From Lama guanicoe (lineage: Eukaryota): a DNA stretch of 64,000 nucleotides. Positions 62,804 to 64,000 of the stretch are shown piece after piece. The notes below the pieces were generated by a model. The model was not told where the DNA came from, made no database searches, and worked only from the letters and a program-made list of their open reading frames with translations. Within the stretch, counting starts at the first letter, position 1; every line of letters begins with the position of its first letter. The translations under genes and the position numbers were made by a program. The stretch spans positions 369,379 to 433,378 of the forward strand of contig MU053754.1 of the NCBI GenBank assembly GCA_013239625.1, given 5' to 3'.

Positions 62804-64000
62804 GGGTGCTTCTTACTCTTTCATTTTTCCTCGTAGGGTTGCTCTTGCTCTCAGCATTATAGCCTTAGGTTACACCTGCAACCAACGACTCTATTACCGC
62901 CATAAAACATACGGAAACGTACTACCCTGTTTTTTTCAAAAAACATACAACATCACACATTCAGATAATTAATAAAACAACTAACCATAGAAAGGCTTTA
63001 GAGAAAGATTAAAGAAAGGATGAAGTCGATTTGATTCTTCCATCATGAGGCTCAAGACCAGTGCCCGTTCTTTCATTCTGCCAGTGCATCCTCTTTACAG
63101 ACATAGGAATACTTTGATTGAATAAGTGATCCCAAGAGAAGGACAAGGATGACACTCCTAAAACACACAGACACACGTGCACACACACGGGCATTTCTCA
63201 GGGAAACCCATGCCTGGCCCGCCTGCTGAGGGCTGCTTCTCGCTGGGCGCCCAGCTGAGTACCACACGAAATTGTAATCCATGATACTGGAGAGGGAAAA
63301 TGTGCAAATAATATTGTGGGCATGAACCTTGCCTTTCCGAGGGGCCAGTGCTTGGACAGAGTGGTTAAAAAAAAATCACCACTGCACAAAATAGAACTCG
63401 GTCACAGTGACTTAGAGGGGAGAACGCTTGGATAGTTGGGGGAGGGGGCAGCAAAGCTGTGTGGCGTTGCCCAGGAGAAGGAGACATACAGAAGGCTGAG
63501 CATGGGAGTTCGCATTTAAAACCATCTGCCCAGCAGCTAGGACGTCCATTCACTGACGGTCAGCCCCCTAACAGTGCCTGTCCGTGCAGACTCCACTGGA
63601 CTTGGAATTGAAGAAAGGCTACTGGATCTTGGCTTAATCAAGGGTACCCTTTGTAGAATGATGGTACCGTTCCTGATGCGATGAGCTCCCTTACTCCTTC
63701 CAGTAAATGTTACCCACCCCCTACCGTCACTTCCTTTGATACACCATGCAGTGGAAGGAATAACTCTTACATGCTGATTCATCGTAACTTAAAGAGCGAC
63801 AGCCTGCAGCGTCTCCGTCTGGATTGGAAATCCATGGCCAAGCCCGTATCTGGGGGACCGTGCCACCAGCCTGTGGTCCTGAGATGAGGTGGGACGTGTG
63901 TCCCCACCCCCCTGGGCCCAGGAGTCTGTGTCAGCATACAGCAGCGCACGGCCTGCAGGGCAGCACGTCGTGCTCCTATCCCGGCAGAGGAAGCCGGAGC

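Noticed and set aside
62860..62995. G-poor, A/C-rich stretch reminiscent of mtDNA
   Set aside because: No mitochondrial gene, tRNA or D-loop motif recognised
1..64000. CRISPR arrays, operons or other prokaryote-type systems; a named host gene
   Set aside because: The sequence is mammalian with no regularly spaced repeats, and no exon matched any protein I can recognise, so no gene symbol is assigned

Overview
Mammalian nuclear DNA, most likely camelid (alpaca, llama or camel). This rests on four short tRNA-derived SINEs resembling the Camelidae Vic-1 family and on cetartiodactyl-type LINE-1 3' ends. The window is repeat-rich and non-coding. It contains many 5'-truncated L1s, ERV1/ERVL/MaLR solo LTRs, hAT-Charlie and Tigger MITEs (MER3, MER5, MER20, MER44, MER58), L2/MIR relics and microsatellites. 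I recognise no host protein-coding exon; the only real protein homology is L1 ORF2p (39661-41322 and smaller fragments). Most L1s and SINEs lie on the - strand, which suggests, but does not prove, an intron of a large + strand gene. The most unusual object is a ~390-bp TSD-flanked chimeric retro-insertion at 7508-7929: a short L1 piece fused to a non-L1, polyadenylated 3'-UTR-like sequence. Also notable are a very young 2-kb L1 with a perfect 17-bp TSD, a CpG-rich candidate regulatory block near 48 kb and several candidate exons. I found no evidence of a novel multi-gene system. Repeat subfamily names come from recalled consensus sequences, not a database search, and boundaries are approximate unless a TSD is quoted.
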